64,000 nucleotides of DNA from NCBI GenBank assembly GCA_951406725.2, contig OX597826.1, positions 19,716,001 to 19,780,000 on the forward strand, in the 5' to 3' direction. Below the pieces are notes generated by a model, which saw only the letters and a list, made by a program, of their open reading frames with translations, searched no databases and was not told the DNA's origin. This document shows positions 16,001 through 30,205 of the stretch, piece after piece. The first letter of the stretch is position 1. Each line of letters starts with the position of its first letter. Source of the stretch: Octopus vulgaris. Taxonomy: Eukaryota. The position numbers were made by a program, and so were the translations under genes.

Positions 16001-16488
16001 ACATCAATGGAATTTGTATCTTTGTGGTACCAGCGCCGGTGGCACACAAGAAAATCATCCGAACGTGGCCGTAGCCTAGCCAGTACCGCATAGACTGGCC
16101 TCCGTGCTTTGGGGACGTAACAAACACCATCCGATCGTGGCCGTCCGCCAGCCTCATCTGGCACCTGTGTCGGTGGCACATAAAAACACCATCCGAGCGT
16201 GGCCGTTCGCCAGCCTCGACTGGCACCTGTGTCGGTGGCACATAAAAACACCATCCGAGCGTGGCCGTTCGCCAGCCTCGACTGGCACCTGTGTCGGTGG
16301 CACATAAAATCACCCACTACACTCTCGGAGTGGTTGGCGTTAGGAAGGGCATCCAGCTGTAGAAACACTGCCAGATCTGACTGGCCTGGTGCAGCCTTCG
16401 GGCTCCCCAGACCCCAGTTGAACCGTCCAACCCATGCTAGCATGGAAAACGGACGCTAAATGATGATGATGATGATGATGATGATGAT
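13016..16488 (+). mobile_element. 5'-truncated RTE LINE, PHD family, copy 2, with expanded 3' UTR
   Basis: Uninterrupted ORF 13028-13981 with the PHD finger, FRYLG and LRWYGHV, then about 2.5 kb of reiterated UTR modules and a (TGA)n tail. Confidence 0.93.
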
Positions 16489-17677
<1,189 letters not shown>

Positions 17678-17679
<2 letters not shown>

Positions 17680-18252
17680 CTCTTTTACTCTTTTACTTGT
17701 TTCAGCCATCCGGCTGAGGCCATGCTGGGGCACCGCCCTTGTTGCTACCCTCTCTAAGGCCAGTTTGCCGTGGCTGGCCACTGATCTAAGAGAGAGTTTG
17801 TAGCTGCTGCCCTTAGGTTACCTTCGTACCTTGCAGTGGGTTCATCTGGGATCCCGGAAAGCAGCTTGTCTAGATGTTTTTTGAAAATGTCCACATCCGC
17901 ATCATGTAGATCTCTTAGTTTTCTTGGCAGTTTGTTGAACAGCTGAGGGCCCCTGAACCCCAGGCTATTACAGTATCTGCTCCTTACCCTGGCACCACAC
18001 AGTGACGTCCTGTACGGGGATTGGAACAGCTCTCAATTCCAAAATTTGGTGCTAGTCCCTCCAGGATTTTCCATATGTATATCACTGCATATCTCTCTCG
18101 TCTTCGTTCCAAGGAGTACAAATTGAGTTCCCTAAGCCTCTCCCAATAGTTCTTTTCTTTCATGGTGGAAATCCTCTTGGTGAAATGTCTTTGGATTGTC
18201 TCAAGCTCTGTGGTTAGTTTGACACTATGCGGTGACCACAGTTGGGAGCAGT
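17678..18252 (-). mobile_element. CR1-like LINE 3' end, second subfamily
   Basis: YCSQLWSPH...[20 protein letters not shown]; ends in ggcggtgccccagcatggcc...gaaacaagtaaaagagtaaaagag. Confidence 0.88.
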
Positions 18253-18760
<508 letters not shown>

Positions 18761-20801
18761 GCTGAACCTAAGAAGCGTCAGTTGTGGCGTGCAAGAGAGA
18801 CGGCTGCGCTGGTATGGTCATGTGACAAGAAAGGCTGAAGATAGTTGTGTGCAAAAGTGCTACACCCTAGCAGTGGAGGGAACCTGTGGAAGAGGTAGAC
18901 CCAGGAAAACCTGGGACGAGGTGGTGAAGCACGACCTTCGAACTTTAGGTCTCACTAAGGAAATGTCTAGAGACCGAGACCTATGGAAGTATGCTGTGCA
19001 TGAGAAGACCCGGCAAGACTAGTCAGGCCATAACCCGTGGCCCCGACTTGGGACGTAGTCAGTCCTGTGCATACCTTCCTTCTTGTGACACTTATAAAGA
19101 CCTGTTGAGGCAAGTGAAAATCAAATCAAATCAAAACAAATCAAAATAGATGAACATCAGTGGAATTGTATTCTTTGTGGTACCAGTGCCGGTGGCACAC
19201 AAGAAAACCACCCAAACGTGGCCGTAACCAGTACCGCATCGACTGGCCTCCGTGCTGTGGGCACAACAAACACCATCCGATCGTGGCCGTTCGCCAGCCT
19301 CATCTGGCACCTGTGCCGGTGGCACATAAAGACACCATCCGAAGACCCGGCGACGTAGTCAGTCCACCTGTGCATACCTTCCCTCTTATGACACTTGTGA
19401 AGACCTGTTGAGGCAAGTGTGTGACACTTGTGAAGACCTGTTGAGGCAGAGGCAAGTGTGTGACACTTGTGGAGACCTGTTGAGGCAAGTGTGTGACCCG
19501 TGTGAAGACCTGTTGAGGCAAGTGAAAATCAAACCAAATCAAATCAAAATAGATGAATATCAATGGAATTTGTATCTTTGTGGTTCCAGTACCGGTGGCA
19601 CACAAGAAAACCATCCGAACGTGGCCGTAGCTGGTACCGCATCGACTGGCCTCCGTGCTGTGGGCACAACAAACACCATCTGATCGTGGCCGTTCGCCAG
19701 CCTCACCTGGCACCTGTGTCGGTGGCACATAAAAACACCATCCAAAGACCCGGCGACGTAGTCAGTCCACCTGTGCATACCTTCCCTCTTATGACACTTG
19801 TGAAGACCTGTTGAGGCAGAGGCAAGTGTGTGACACTTTGTGAAGACCTGTTGAGGCAGAGGCAAGTGTGTGACACTTGTGGAGACCTGTTGAGGCAAGT
19901 GTGTGACACGCGTGACACTTGTGAAGACCTGTTGAGGCAAGTGAAAATCAAACCAAATCAAAATAGATGAACATCAATGGAATTTGTATCTTTGTGGTTC
20001 CAGTACCGGTGGCACACAAGAAAACCATCCGATCGTGGCCGTTCGCCAGCCACATCTGGCACCTGTGTCGGTGGCACATAAAGACACCATCCGAAGACCC
20101 GGCGACGTAGACAGTCCACCTGTGCATACCTTCCTTCTTGTGACACTTGTGAAGACCTGTTGAGGCAAGTGAAAATCAAATCAAAAAAAAAAAAAAAAAA
20201 AAATCAAATCAAATCAAAACAAATCAAAATAGATGAACATAAATGGAATTTGTATCTTTGTGAAATTACCAGTGCCGGTGGCACACAAGAAAATCATCCG
20301 AACGTGGCCGTAGCCAGTACCGCATAGACTGGCCTCCGTGCTTTGGGGACGTAACAAACACCATCCGATCGTGGCCGTCCGCCAGCCTCATCTGGCACCT
20401 GTGTCGGTGGCACATAAAAACACCATCCGAGCGTGGCCGTCTGCCAGCCTCGTCTGGCACCTGCCAGCCTCATCTGGCACCTGTGTCGGTGGCACATAAA
20501 AACACCATCCGAGCGTGGCCGTCTGCCAGCCTCGTCTGGCACCTGTGTCGGTGGCACATAAAAACACCATCCGAGCGTGGCCGTTCGCCAGCCTCGTCTG
20601 GCACCTGTGTCGGTGGCACATAAAATCACCCACTACACTCTCGGAGTGGTTGGCGTTAGGAAGGGCATCCAGCTGTAGAAACACTGCCAGATCTGACTGG
20701 CCTGGTGCAGCCTTCGGGCTCCCCAGACCCCAGTTGAACCGTCCAACCCATGCTAGCATGGAAAACGGACGCTAAATGATGATGATGATGATGATGATGA
20801 T
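18761..20801 (+). mobile_element. Heavily 5'-truncated RTE LINE, copy 3, with expanded 3' UTR
   Basis: [21 protein letters not shown]...KTRQD*, nearly identical to copy 2; reiterated UTR and (TGA)n tail. Confidence 0.92.
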
Positions 20802-20816
20802 ATACATACATACATA

Positions 20817-21228
20817 GGCGCAGGAGTGGCTGTGTGGTAAGTAGCTTGTTTACCAACTACATGGTTCTGGGTTCAGTCCCACTGTGTGGCACCTTGGGTA
20901 AGTGTCTTCTACTATAGCCTCGGGCCGACCAAAGCCTTGTGAGTGGATTTGGTAGACGGAAACTGAAAAAAAAAAAGCCCGTCGTATATATGTATATATA
21001 TATGCGTGTGTGTGTTTGAGTGTCTGTGTTTGTCCCCCTAGCATTGCTTGACAACCGATGCTGGTGTGTTTATGTCCCCGTTACTTGGCCGTTCGGCAGG
21101 AGAGACCGATAGAATAAGTACTGGGCTTACAAAAGAATAAGTCCCGGGGTCGAGTTGCTCGATTGAAGGCGGTGCTCCAGCATGGCCACAGCCAAATGAC
21201 TGAAACAAGTAAAAGAGTAAAAGAGAGT
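20817..21228 (+). mobile_element. tRNA-derived SINE family A, full length
   Basis: A box tggctgtgtggtaa, B box ggttcagtccc, internal (TG)n and tail (gtaaaaga)n; several copies in the window. Confidence 0.9.
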
Positions 21229-21250
21229 ATATATATATATATATATATAT

Positions 21251-21283
<33 letters not shown>

Positions 21284-21469
21284 CATACATATATATTGTT
21301 AGGTATGATTATGACATGAATATATGCTAGGTTTCAAAACAATTGACTTAATGCCTGCTGAGAAAAAACAACTTAACATTCATTGTAAATATTTTCTTCC
21401 CCACCCTGTCCGTATATATATATTTGTGTATATTTGTATATATATATATGTGTATATATATATATATTT

Positions 21470-21800
21470 ATATATATATATATATCCACATTTTTATATA
21501 CCTACATGTACCTATATATGCATATGCATACACATATACCTATATACGTATATGATCCCCATATACCTATATATACATAGATATATATTCACATATATAG
21601 ACCTACATATATATATATCGACATATATACCTACATGTATATATATATATATATATCCACATATATACATACATGTATATATGTATCCACAAATATACCT
21701 ACATGTATATATATATATATATCCACATATATACCTATATGTATATATATATATCCACATATATACCTATATGTATATATATATATATCCACATATATAC
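21470..21800. repeat. ~30-bp minisatellite (atatatatccacatatatacctacatgt)
   Basis: Repeated unit; it resumes at 23055-23390 and 23880-23985. Confidence 0.85.
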
Positions 21801-22763
21801 CATATGTGACAAATATGTCCCAGTGTGCAGGGCCAGCACACACAAGGAAGATTCTTATGAGACGACGGACAAGGATTGCGAACCACCTGAGCAAGCACAC
21901 CAAAAGTGGTGAGAAGTCTCGCCTCAAGAGAATGCTAATGGAAATTGAGAAAGCTTGTGTAATAGAAAATATCAAGTCAAACCTTAAAGCTTTCTTTAAG
22001 TTTGCCAAAGAGACAGCCGCAGTGTGCCAGAGTATAGGACCACTCTTCCAAAAAGATGGCTTCCTCACAGGAAATCCCACGAGGATAAGCGAAATACTGA
22101 ACAAACAGTTCCAAAGTGTGTTCACTACACCCCTAGGACACAGGCAAGTAAACAAATCAGAAGAATTCTTTGCCATTTTAACTGTAGCCAAAGAGGCAAA
22201 AATTCAGTACATCAACATTGAAAATGATGATACCACACTGGCCATAGATGAGGTTGACACAAACTCAGCTGCTGGACCTGATGAATTTCCAGCAATCTTT
22301 CTCAAATCGTGCAAACGTGCCCTTGCAAAGCTGCTACAGCTTCTTTTTCAGAGCTTTCTTGCAAGTGGTAAGCGCCCAGTCAAATTGAAAGAGTGGGTAA
22401 TGTGCCCTATCCATAAGGGAGGAAGCAGAGCAGATGCTAAAATGATAGGCCTATCTCTCTGACCTCACACATCAGCAAAGTCATGGAATGAATAGTCCGC
22501 AAGAAACTAATCATGTTCCTTGAAGAAAATGACTTGCTGACTGACACCCAGCATGGATTTCGACCAGGTAGAAGCTGTCTAACAGCTCCTGCAACACTAT
22601 GACTGGGTGTTAAAACAGCAACTAAATGGCTCAAATGTAGATGTGATGTATCTCCACTTTGCAAAACCCTTTGATAAAGTCGACCATGGTATGATCTGTC
22701 ACAAACTGCATGGTCTCGGCATAGGTGGAAAACTTGGAGAGTGGCTGCACAACTTCCTAAAAG
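21800..22763 (+). mobile_element. Degraded CR1-like LINE internal fragment
   Basis: AAGPDEFPA, IHKGGSR, QHGFRPGRSC and YLHFAKPFDKVDH; overlaps both 2624-3360 and 9450-9650 in sequence. Confidence 0.88.
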
Positions 22764-22820
22764 ATACATATTTATGTATAAATATATGCACATATATATA
22801 CCTACATTTATATATATATA

Positions 22821-23050
22821 TTTCTTTACTGCCCACAAGCGGCTAAACACAGAGGGGACAAACAAGGACAGACAAACAGATTAAGTCGATTACATCGATC
22901 CCAGTGCGTAACTGGTACTTAATTTATCGACCCCGAAAGGATGAAAGACAAAGTCAACCTCGGCGGAATTTGAACTCAGAACGTGGCGGCAGACGAAATA
23001 TGGCTATGCATTTCGCCCGGCGTGCTAACGTTTCTGCCAGCTCGCCGCCT
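22821..23050 (-). mobile_element. SINE family B (Nin/Deu-like central domain)
   Basis: Minus strand ggcggcgagctggcagaaacgttagc...gagttcaaattcc...tttcatcctttcggggtcgataaattaagtaccag. Confidence 0.8.
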
Positions 23051-23387
23051 TTACATGTATATATATATCCTCACATATATACCTACATATATATATATCC
23101 ACATATACATACCCACATGTATAAATATATATACCTACATGTATATATACATAGCTACATATATACCAACATGTGTATATATATATCCACATATACACCT
23201 ACATGTATATATATATATCCACATATATACCTACATGTATATATATATATATATCTACATATATACCTACATGTAAATATATATCGACATTTATACCCAC
23301 ATGTGAATATATATATATATATCTCCACATATATACCTACATGTATGTATATATATATATATCTCCACATATATACCTACATGTATG

Positions 23388-23437
<50 letters not shown>

Positions 23438-23472
23438 TCAAATGAAATAAAAAACAGAACACAAAGGATGTC

Positions 23473-23564
23473 GCGGTACACATGTTTCAAGCTTTATACA
23501 ACAACCAATTCTTACATCAATATATAATCGACATAACAGATGGTTTAAAGCTCTCTTAAGCCAC
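23473..23564 (-). ncRNA. Hammerhead-like motif, variant core CUUAAGA
   Basis: Minus strand reads GUGG-CUUAAGA-GAGCUUUA...UAAAGCUU-GAAA-CAUGUG-UA-CCGC. Confidence 0.6.
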
Positions 23565-23601
23565 ATGCAATTGCTATACCAAAGAATTACATCACATTAT
23601 G

Positions 23602-23876
23602 AAATTATGAAAAATCTGAAAATGTACATTTGGTATTATCTATAATGGTGGGTATATTGAGTTTCACTGAGAAAGTATGTTTGTAAATCTTCATAATCAA
23701 ATATGTGTGTAGGGTACCATTGGACCTCAAAAATCCGTCCATACTCTATCATACCCGTCTATACCCTACACACATATTTGATTATGAAGATTTACAAACA
23801 TACTTTCTCAGTGAAACTCAATATACCCACCATTATAGATAATACCAAATGTACATTTTCGGATTTTTCATAATTT
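23602..23876. repeat. Near-perfect 115-bp inverted repeat with 45-nt spacer
   Basis: Arms 23602-23716 and 23762-23876; I saw about one mismatch. Confidence 0.92.
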
Positions 23877-23986
23877 ATACATATATATATATCTACATAT
23901 ATACATGTATCCACATATACCTACATGTATATGTATCCACATGTACCTATATATATATATCCCTATATACCTATATATACATATCC

Positions 23987-24327
23987 GGGTAAAGACCCCC
24001 TTCGGTCATGAATGACCATGGGATTGCACCTAGAAAGTTACCCTCCTAGACACAAGTCTGGGCAAGGTTGTTTATGGAAGACCAGCAGTCGCCCATGCAT
24101 ACCGGCCTCCCCTCTCCACGACACCAGTGTTATCCAAGGGAAAGACAAAGGTCGATACAGCTTGGCACCAGTGACGTCGCAACTCATTTCTACAGCTGAG
24201 TGAACTGGAGCAACGTGAAATAAAGTGCCTTGCTCAAGAACACAACACGCAGCCCGGTCCGGGATTCGAGCTCACAACCTCACGATCGTAAGCTCGACGC
24301 TCTAACCACTGAGCCATGCGCCTTCAC
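23987..24327 (-). mobile_element. tRNA-derived SINE family C
   Basis: Minus strand gtgaaggcgcatggctcagtggttagagcg...gagctcgaatccc, then gttgtgttcttgagcaaggcac core. Confidence 0.85.
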
Positions 24328-24560
24328 TAATACATATCCACACATACCTATATATATACTCTGTATTTCAGTTGTTTGAAAAAAAAGTCCGTTTCCATGG
24401 TTTCATTTTTATGTTTTTGTTTCTCTTTGTGTTCAACGTTTTTTTGGTGTCCTGTACCTATATATGCATGTATATACACATACAGATGTAGGTATGTACA
24501 TATATGTATGTATATATGCATATGTTTTATTTATTATTTTGTTATTATACCTATATATAC

Positions 24561-24600
<40 letters not shown>

Positions 24601-24912
24601 GCGTATACATATATATATATATATATATATATATCTGCATATACGTACATATACCGGAGTAAACACATAAATGTGAAACAAGGTGGAAAAAAAGAGTACT
24701 TAAATACCAGTGGTAGAGTAATATGCTTTAAATAAAGTATACGTATATATATATATATATATATATATATCCGCATATACCTATATATATATATATTCTG
24801 TTGTGTCTGGGGAGAGTCATTCTCTTTTAGTGCCTTATTATTTAACATATATATATGCATCTCTGTCTCATTGCGTGTGCATATCTGTGTATGTGTATGT
24901 TATGTAACTATG

Positions 24913-25105
24913 TACCTATCCGTCTGTATATTGATCTGTTTATTTACATATCTAAATGCTTACATACAGAAATAAAAAATTAAAAAATAAAAATATATAA
25001 AAATAATTATTTTTTGTTATTTTCTATTATTTTTTATATTTTTTATTTTTGTATGTAAGCATTTAGATATGTAAATAAACATATCAATATACAGACGGAT
25101 AGGTA
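24913..25105. repeat. ~85-bp inverted repeat
   Basis: tacctatccgtctgtatattgat...atcaatatacagacggataggta. Confidence 0.85.
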
Positions 25106-26250
25106 TCTTTATATATATAAAACTGAGAATGTGTGTCTGTCTGTCTGTGTGTTTCCCTAAAACTTGAGAACTACACAACCAATTTCATTCAAATTGGATC
25201 CGGGGAGTGTCATCGGCAAAAAAAATTTTGAACATTTTGCCTAGGGCGAGCCCACAGCAATATTATATCTTCTCCACTACGATTCTCTAAAACTTGAGAA
25301 CTACACAACCAATTTCATTGAAATTTTACACATGCCTTACTTAGGGTCCATGTAGTTTCATGGGCAAAAAAAAATGTTCAACATCTTGCCTAGAGCGAGC
25401 CCATAGCAATATCATATCTTCTCCACTATTTCAGTATTATGTGTTAAAAGTGAAACAAAAACATTTCTCTATTTTATGTCAGATACTTTCACTTTAACAA
25501 TAAAAATAATAATAACAATTGAATTATATGTAGTAAGTAATAATTAAAATCAAACTAAGGTATAATATAATCGTAACATAAAAAAAAGTAAAAATAGCAA
25601 TTGGTATAAAATTGCATCAATGACTTGAATTTGAATAAGTGGTTTCACATGAATAGGAATAGATTAAAACTAAAATTAGCATGCAGAAATGGTATAGTCC
25701 AGATGGATAATAGAAAATTAAATTAAAGAAAAGACTATTGTCTATAAAGTATACAATGTAGAGAAAGAAGAAGATTTGAAGACCTGGAGGAAAGCACCTT
25801 CGAAAAGTGTCTTGGTGTGATTATGAAAGATATTTAATCAGAGGCGGTAAATTCGCCACAATAGAAGCAAGGTTCGAGTCAACGGAGCATGCAAGGGAGT
25901 ACTCGACTCGAACTTGCAAAGTGGAAATATTTTATTTTTACCTTTATATCTGGGATGTAGGACGTCCCGGAAAAAAATTTAAAATGCCTCGAAGTAGAGG
26001 TAGGCTGGATTGTAGCCACACTTCTATACAAGAGGGAGGGCAAGATACAATTGATCGAAATTACAAGAGACGGGCTAATAATTCCAGTCTGTTATATATT
26101 TTGAGTATTGCTATCACTAGCAATATCAAGATATAACTTTGTATCTTGTATTTTATGTGTAGATGTATATATACAGATGTACATGTAATATGTACACATA
26201 TATACATGCACTAGCACTATGACCCGGCAATGACGGGTCTTTAATGCTAG
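25106..26250 (+). mobile_element. Non-autonomous Helitron
   Basis: 5' TC, 3' hairpin gacccg-gcaatga-cgggtc followed by CTAG, inserted between A and T with no TSD. Confidence 0.8.
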
Positions 26251-26533
26251 TATAGACTATATGAACAGACACATATGGAGACACGGATCCACACATATAA
26301 AGATGCACATCCATACATACAAACATGGTACATAGTTACATAACACACACACACAGATATGCACACACGAGAAGACAGAGGTACATATATATATGCATAT
26401 ATATATGTTAAATAATAAGGCACTAAAAGAGAATGACTCTCCCCAGACACAACAGAATATGCTTCAACACACAAACTCATATAAAGAATCTTGCAAACCA
26501 AATCCAAAAACGATATATATATATCCGCATATA

Positions 26534-26567
<34 letters not shown>

Positions 26568-26571
26568 CATA

Positions 26572-29500
26572 TAAGGAGGTTCTGCTAGGTTCCTCACAGG
26601 CAAAGAACTCAGGTAAAAGATTTTCTGGGCTGGGAACACCGATGGGCTCGGGGGCATAGGTATACTTCTTGCTGAAAAATGGGTAGATAAGGTAATTGAG
26701 GTAGTCAGAGTATGCAACAGAATACTTAAGATTAGATTAGTGCTTCATCATGGATTAGCAACCATTATATCGGCCTATGCCCCTCAGCCGGGGCTACCCG
26801 ATGGACAGAAAGACTGATTCTATGACACCCTACTGCAGACTACCTCATCGACGAACGACAGGGACCTTCTCTTTGTGACTGGTGACTTCAATGGGCATGT
26901 TGGACGACATGCTGGGGGCTTCCATAGCATACATGGAGGCTACGGTTATGGTTCCCGCAACGAGGAGGGAACCAGGCTGCTGGAGTTCTGCGATGCGAAT
27001 AATCTTATGGTTTGCAACACTAACTTCAGGAAACCTACCAGCCACTTAGTCACCTACCGATCGAGCCGACATACTACCCAAATCAACTACATCCTTGCCA
27101 GAAAAAGGGAAAGATGGCTGCTTATAAATGCCAAAACCTTCCCAGGCGAAGAATGTACCCTACAACATAGACTGGTAGTTAGTGACTTTAGGATCAGGAC
27201 TAAGAGGACGACCAACATGGAGAAGAAGGATCTGGAAGCTTAAAGATCCTGCGAATGGACAGAGATTTAGAGACATATTACTTGAAGCCTTTGACGAAAT
27301 AGAAGGGGATATAGCTTCACATGGGGTAGAAGACAACTGGAGGTCTCTAAGGGACCACCTGCTGAGAGCCACTGACCGGATCTGTGGTTGGTGCAAACTC
27401 CCCTCAAGACCCAAAATAACGTCGTGGTGGAACAATATTGTTGACAGGGCTATTACACAAAAGAAACAGGCTTGGAAGGACTGGAAGAATGGTGGTAGCA
27501 GGGAAGTGTATCAGACTGCCAGAAGGGAAGCTAGGAGACAGGTCTATTTAGCCAGAGGGGAAGCAGATAAGAAAAAATTTGCCAATATTCTGCGCCGTGA
27601 GAATGAAAGACTTGGGCTATTTCGTGTTGCAAGACAGTGTGTGGGAGAGAATCGTGATGTGGTAGGAAAGAAATGTGTTCGCAGGGATGATGGTTCACTT
27701 GCGCTAAATGAGGATGCAAAGAGAGGTTTGGAGACGCCACTATGAAAGGTTGCTGAATAAAGAAAATGAATGGGATAAAGAGAGTCTGCCGAATGTCAAC
27801 CCAATAGAGGGACCAGCTATCCGAGTTGACAGTTAGAGCAAGGTCATCAGCACAGAGGAGCTCCCAGGTATATAAGGCAATTAGGCGCATGAAGACAGGG
27901 AAAGCCCCAGGCCCATCAGGAATTACTGCAGAGATGCTCAAAATATCTGGTTTTGTCGGCTAGTCACCCGTATAGTTAACCAGGTGATACATGAAAGAGT
28001 CATTCCCAATGACTGGTGTAGCAGCATAATAGTCAACTGCTATAAAGGTAAAGGTGACGCCCTAGATACAAATAACTACAGGGGTATCAAGCTGTTGGAT
28101 CAGGTAATGAAGGTTATGGAGAGGGTCATAGCCCAACTAATTAGAGAGAGAGTTAGTTTGGATGAGATGCAGTTTGGGTTCGTGCAAGGGAAAAGTACCA
28201 CTGATGCTATATTCCTGGTAAGACAGCTGCAGGAGAAATATCTAGCCAAAGATAAGCCCCTGTACCTGGCTTTCGTTGACATGGAGAAAGCCTTTGACAG
28301 GGTCCCCCGATCCCTTATCTGGTGGTCAATGAGGAAACTAGGGATAGATGAATGGTTAGTGAGAGCTGTGCAAGTCATGTACAGAGATGCTGTAAGTAAG
28401 GTGAGGGTTGGCAACAAGTACACTAAAGAATTCAGGGAAGAGGTAGAGGTCCACCAAGGTTCAGTCCTCAGTCCCCTCCTATTTATCATAGTCCTCCAGG
28501 CAATAACGGAGGAATTCAAGACAGGAAACCCCTGGGAGCTCCTCTATGCAGATGAACTTGCTCTAATTGCTGAGTCACTATCAGAACTGGAGGAGAAGTT
28601 TCAGGTGTGGAAGCAAGGATTAGAATTGAAGGGCCTTAGAGTCAACCTAGCTAAAACCAAAGTCCTAATAAATAGGAAGGTAGACAAGTCACAAACGCCT
28701 TCAGGTAGATGGCCCTGCTCGATCTGTAGAAAAGGCGTAGGTAGAAACTCCATAATATGCACCAAGAGTAAGCTATGGACACATAAGAGGTGCAGCAATG
28801 TCAAAGGAAGACTAACTAGGAAAATAGTTTTTGTATGTGGCAGATGCTCAGGAGCAATAAACACTGAAAATGCGCAGAGACCAACTTCCGCCACATTCCA
28901 GGGAGAAAAACTAGAAATAGTTGCTAGTTTCCGTTACCTAGGTGACCAAGTCAGTAGCGGGGGAGGGTGCACTGAAAGTGTAGCTGCTAGAATAAGAATA
29001 GCCTGGACTAAGTTCAGAGAGCTCTTACATCTGCTGGTGACAAAGGGCCTCTCGCTCAGAGTAAAAGGTAGATTGTATGACGCATGTGTATGAACAGCCA
29101 TGCTACATGGCAGTGAAACATGGACTTTGACTGCTGAGGATATGTGTAAGCTTGCAAAGAATGAAGCCAGTATGCTTCGATGGATGTGTAATGTCAGTGT
29201 TCATACTTGACAGAGTGTAAGAACCTTGAGAGAGAAGTTGGACCTAAGAAGCATCAGATGTGGTGTGCAAGAGAGACGTTTGCACTGGTATGGTCATGTG
29301 ACAAGAATGGAAGAAGATAGTTGTGTGAAAAAGTGCCACACCCTAGCAGTTGAGGGAACCTGTGGAAGAGGTGGACCCAGGAAAACCTGGGACAAGGTAG
29401 TGAAGCACGACCTTCGAACTTTAGGTCTCACTGAGGAAATGACTAGAGACCGAGACCTATGGAAGTATGCTGTGCGTGAGAGAACCCGGCAGGACAAGTG

Positions 29501-30049
29501 AGACCATAACCCATGGCCTCTACCTGTGATGTAGCCAGTCCACTTATGCATACCTTTCCTTCTTGGGACACAAAACTTAACTTGTGGAGACCTGTTGAGG
29601 CAAGTGAAAATCAGAATCAAAATCGAAATCGATCAACATCAATGAAAATTGTAGTTGTGATACCAGTGCCGGTGGCACGTAAGCGAACCACCCGAACGTG
29701 GCCGTTGCCAGCGCCGCCCCGATGGGCCTCCATGCCAGTGGCATGTAAAAAGCAGCATCCAATTGTGGCCGTTGCCAGCCTCGCCTGGCCCCCGTGCTGG
29801 TGGCATGTAAAAAGCACCATCCGACCGTGGCCATTTGCCAGCCTCGTCTGGCACCTGTGCCGGTGGCATGTAAAAAGCACCCACTACACTCATGGAGTGG
29901 TTGGCATTAGGAAGGGCATCCAGCCCTAGAAAAATTGCCAGATCAGACTGGGCCTGGTGCAGCCTTCTGGCTTCCCAGACCCCAGTTGAACCGTCCAACC
30001 CATGCTAGCATGGAAAGCGGACGCTAAATGATGATGATGATGTTGATGA
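26572..30049 (+). mobile_element. Near-complete RTE LINE, PHD family, copy 4 (APE-RT-PHD), inactivated
   Basis: AYAPQ, GDFNGHVG, EGTRLLEFC, KAPGPSG, NYRGIKLL, QFGF, DMEKAFDRVP and YADE; stops and frameshifts; short 3' UTR; (TGA)n tail. Confidence 0.95.
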
Positions 30050-30084
30050 TCCACATATACCTATGTATATATACGCATATACAT

Positions 30085-30144
<60 letters not shown>

Positions 30145-30151
30145 GCATAGG

Positions 30152-30205
<54 letters not shown>

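Noticed and set aside
14012-16459. Many short repeated ORFs (MPPTQVP..., MCHRHRCQ...)
   Set aside because: Chance frames in GC-rich UTR modules on both strands.
24240-24327. tRNA gene (also SINE heads at 20817, 34366, 42656 and 48285)
   Set aside because: tRNA-like A and B boxes continue into SINE bodies, with no proper acceptor stem.
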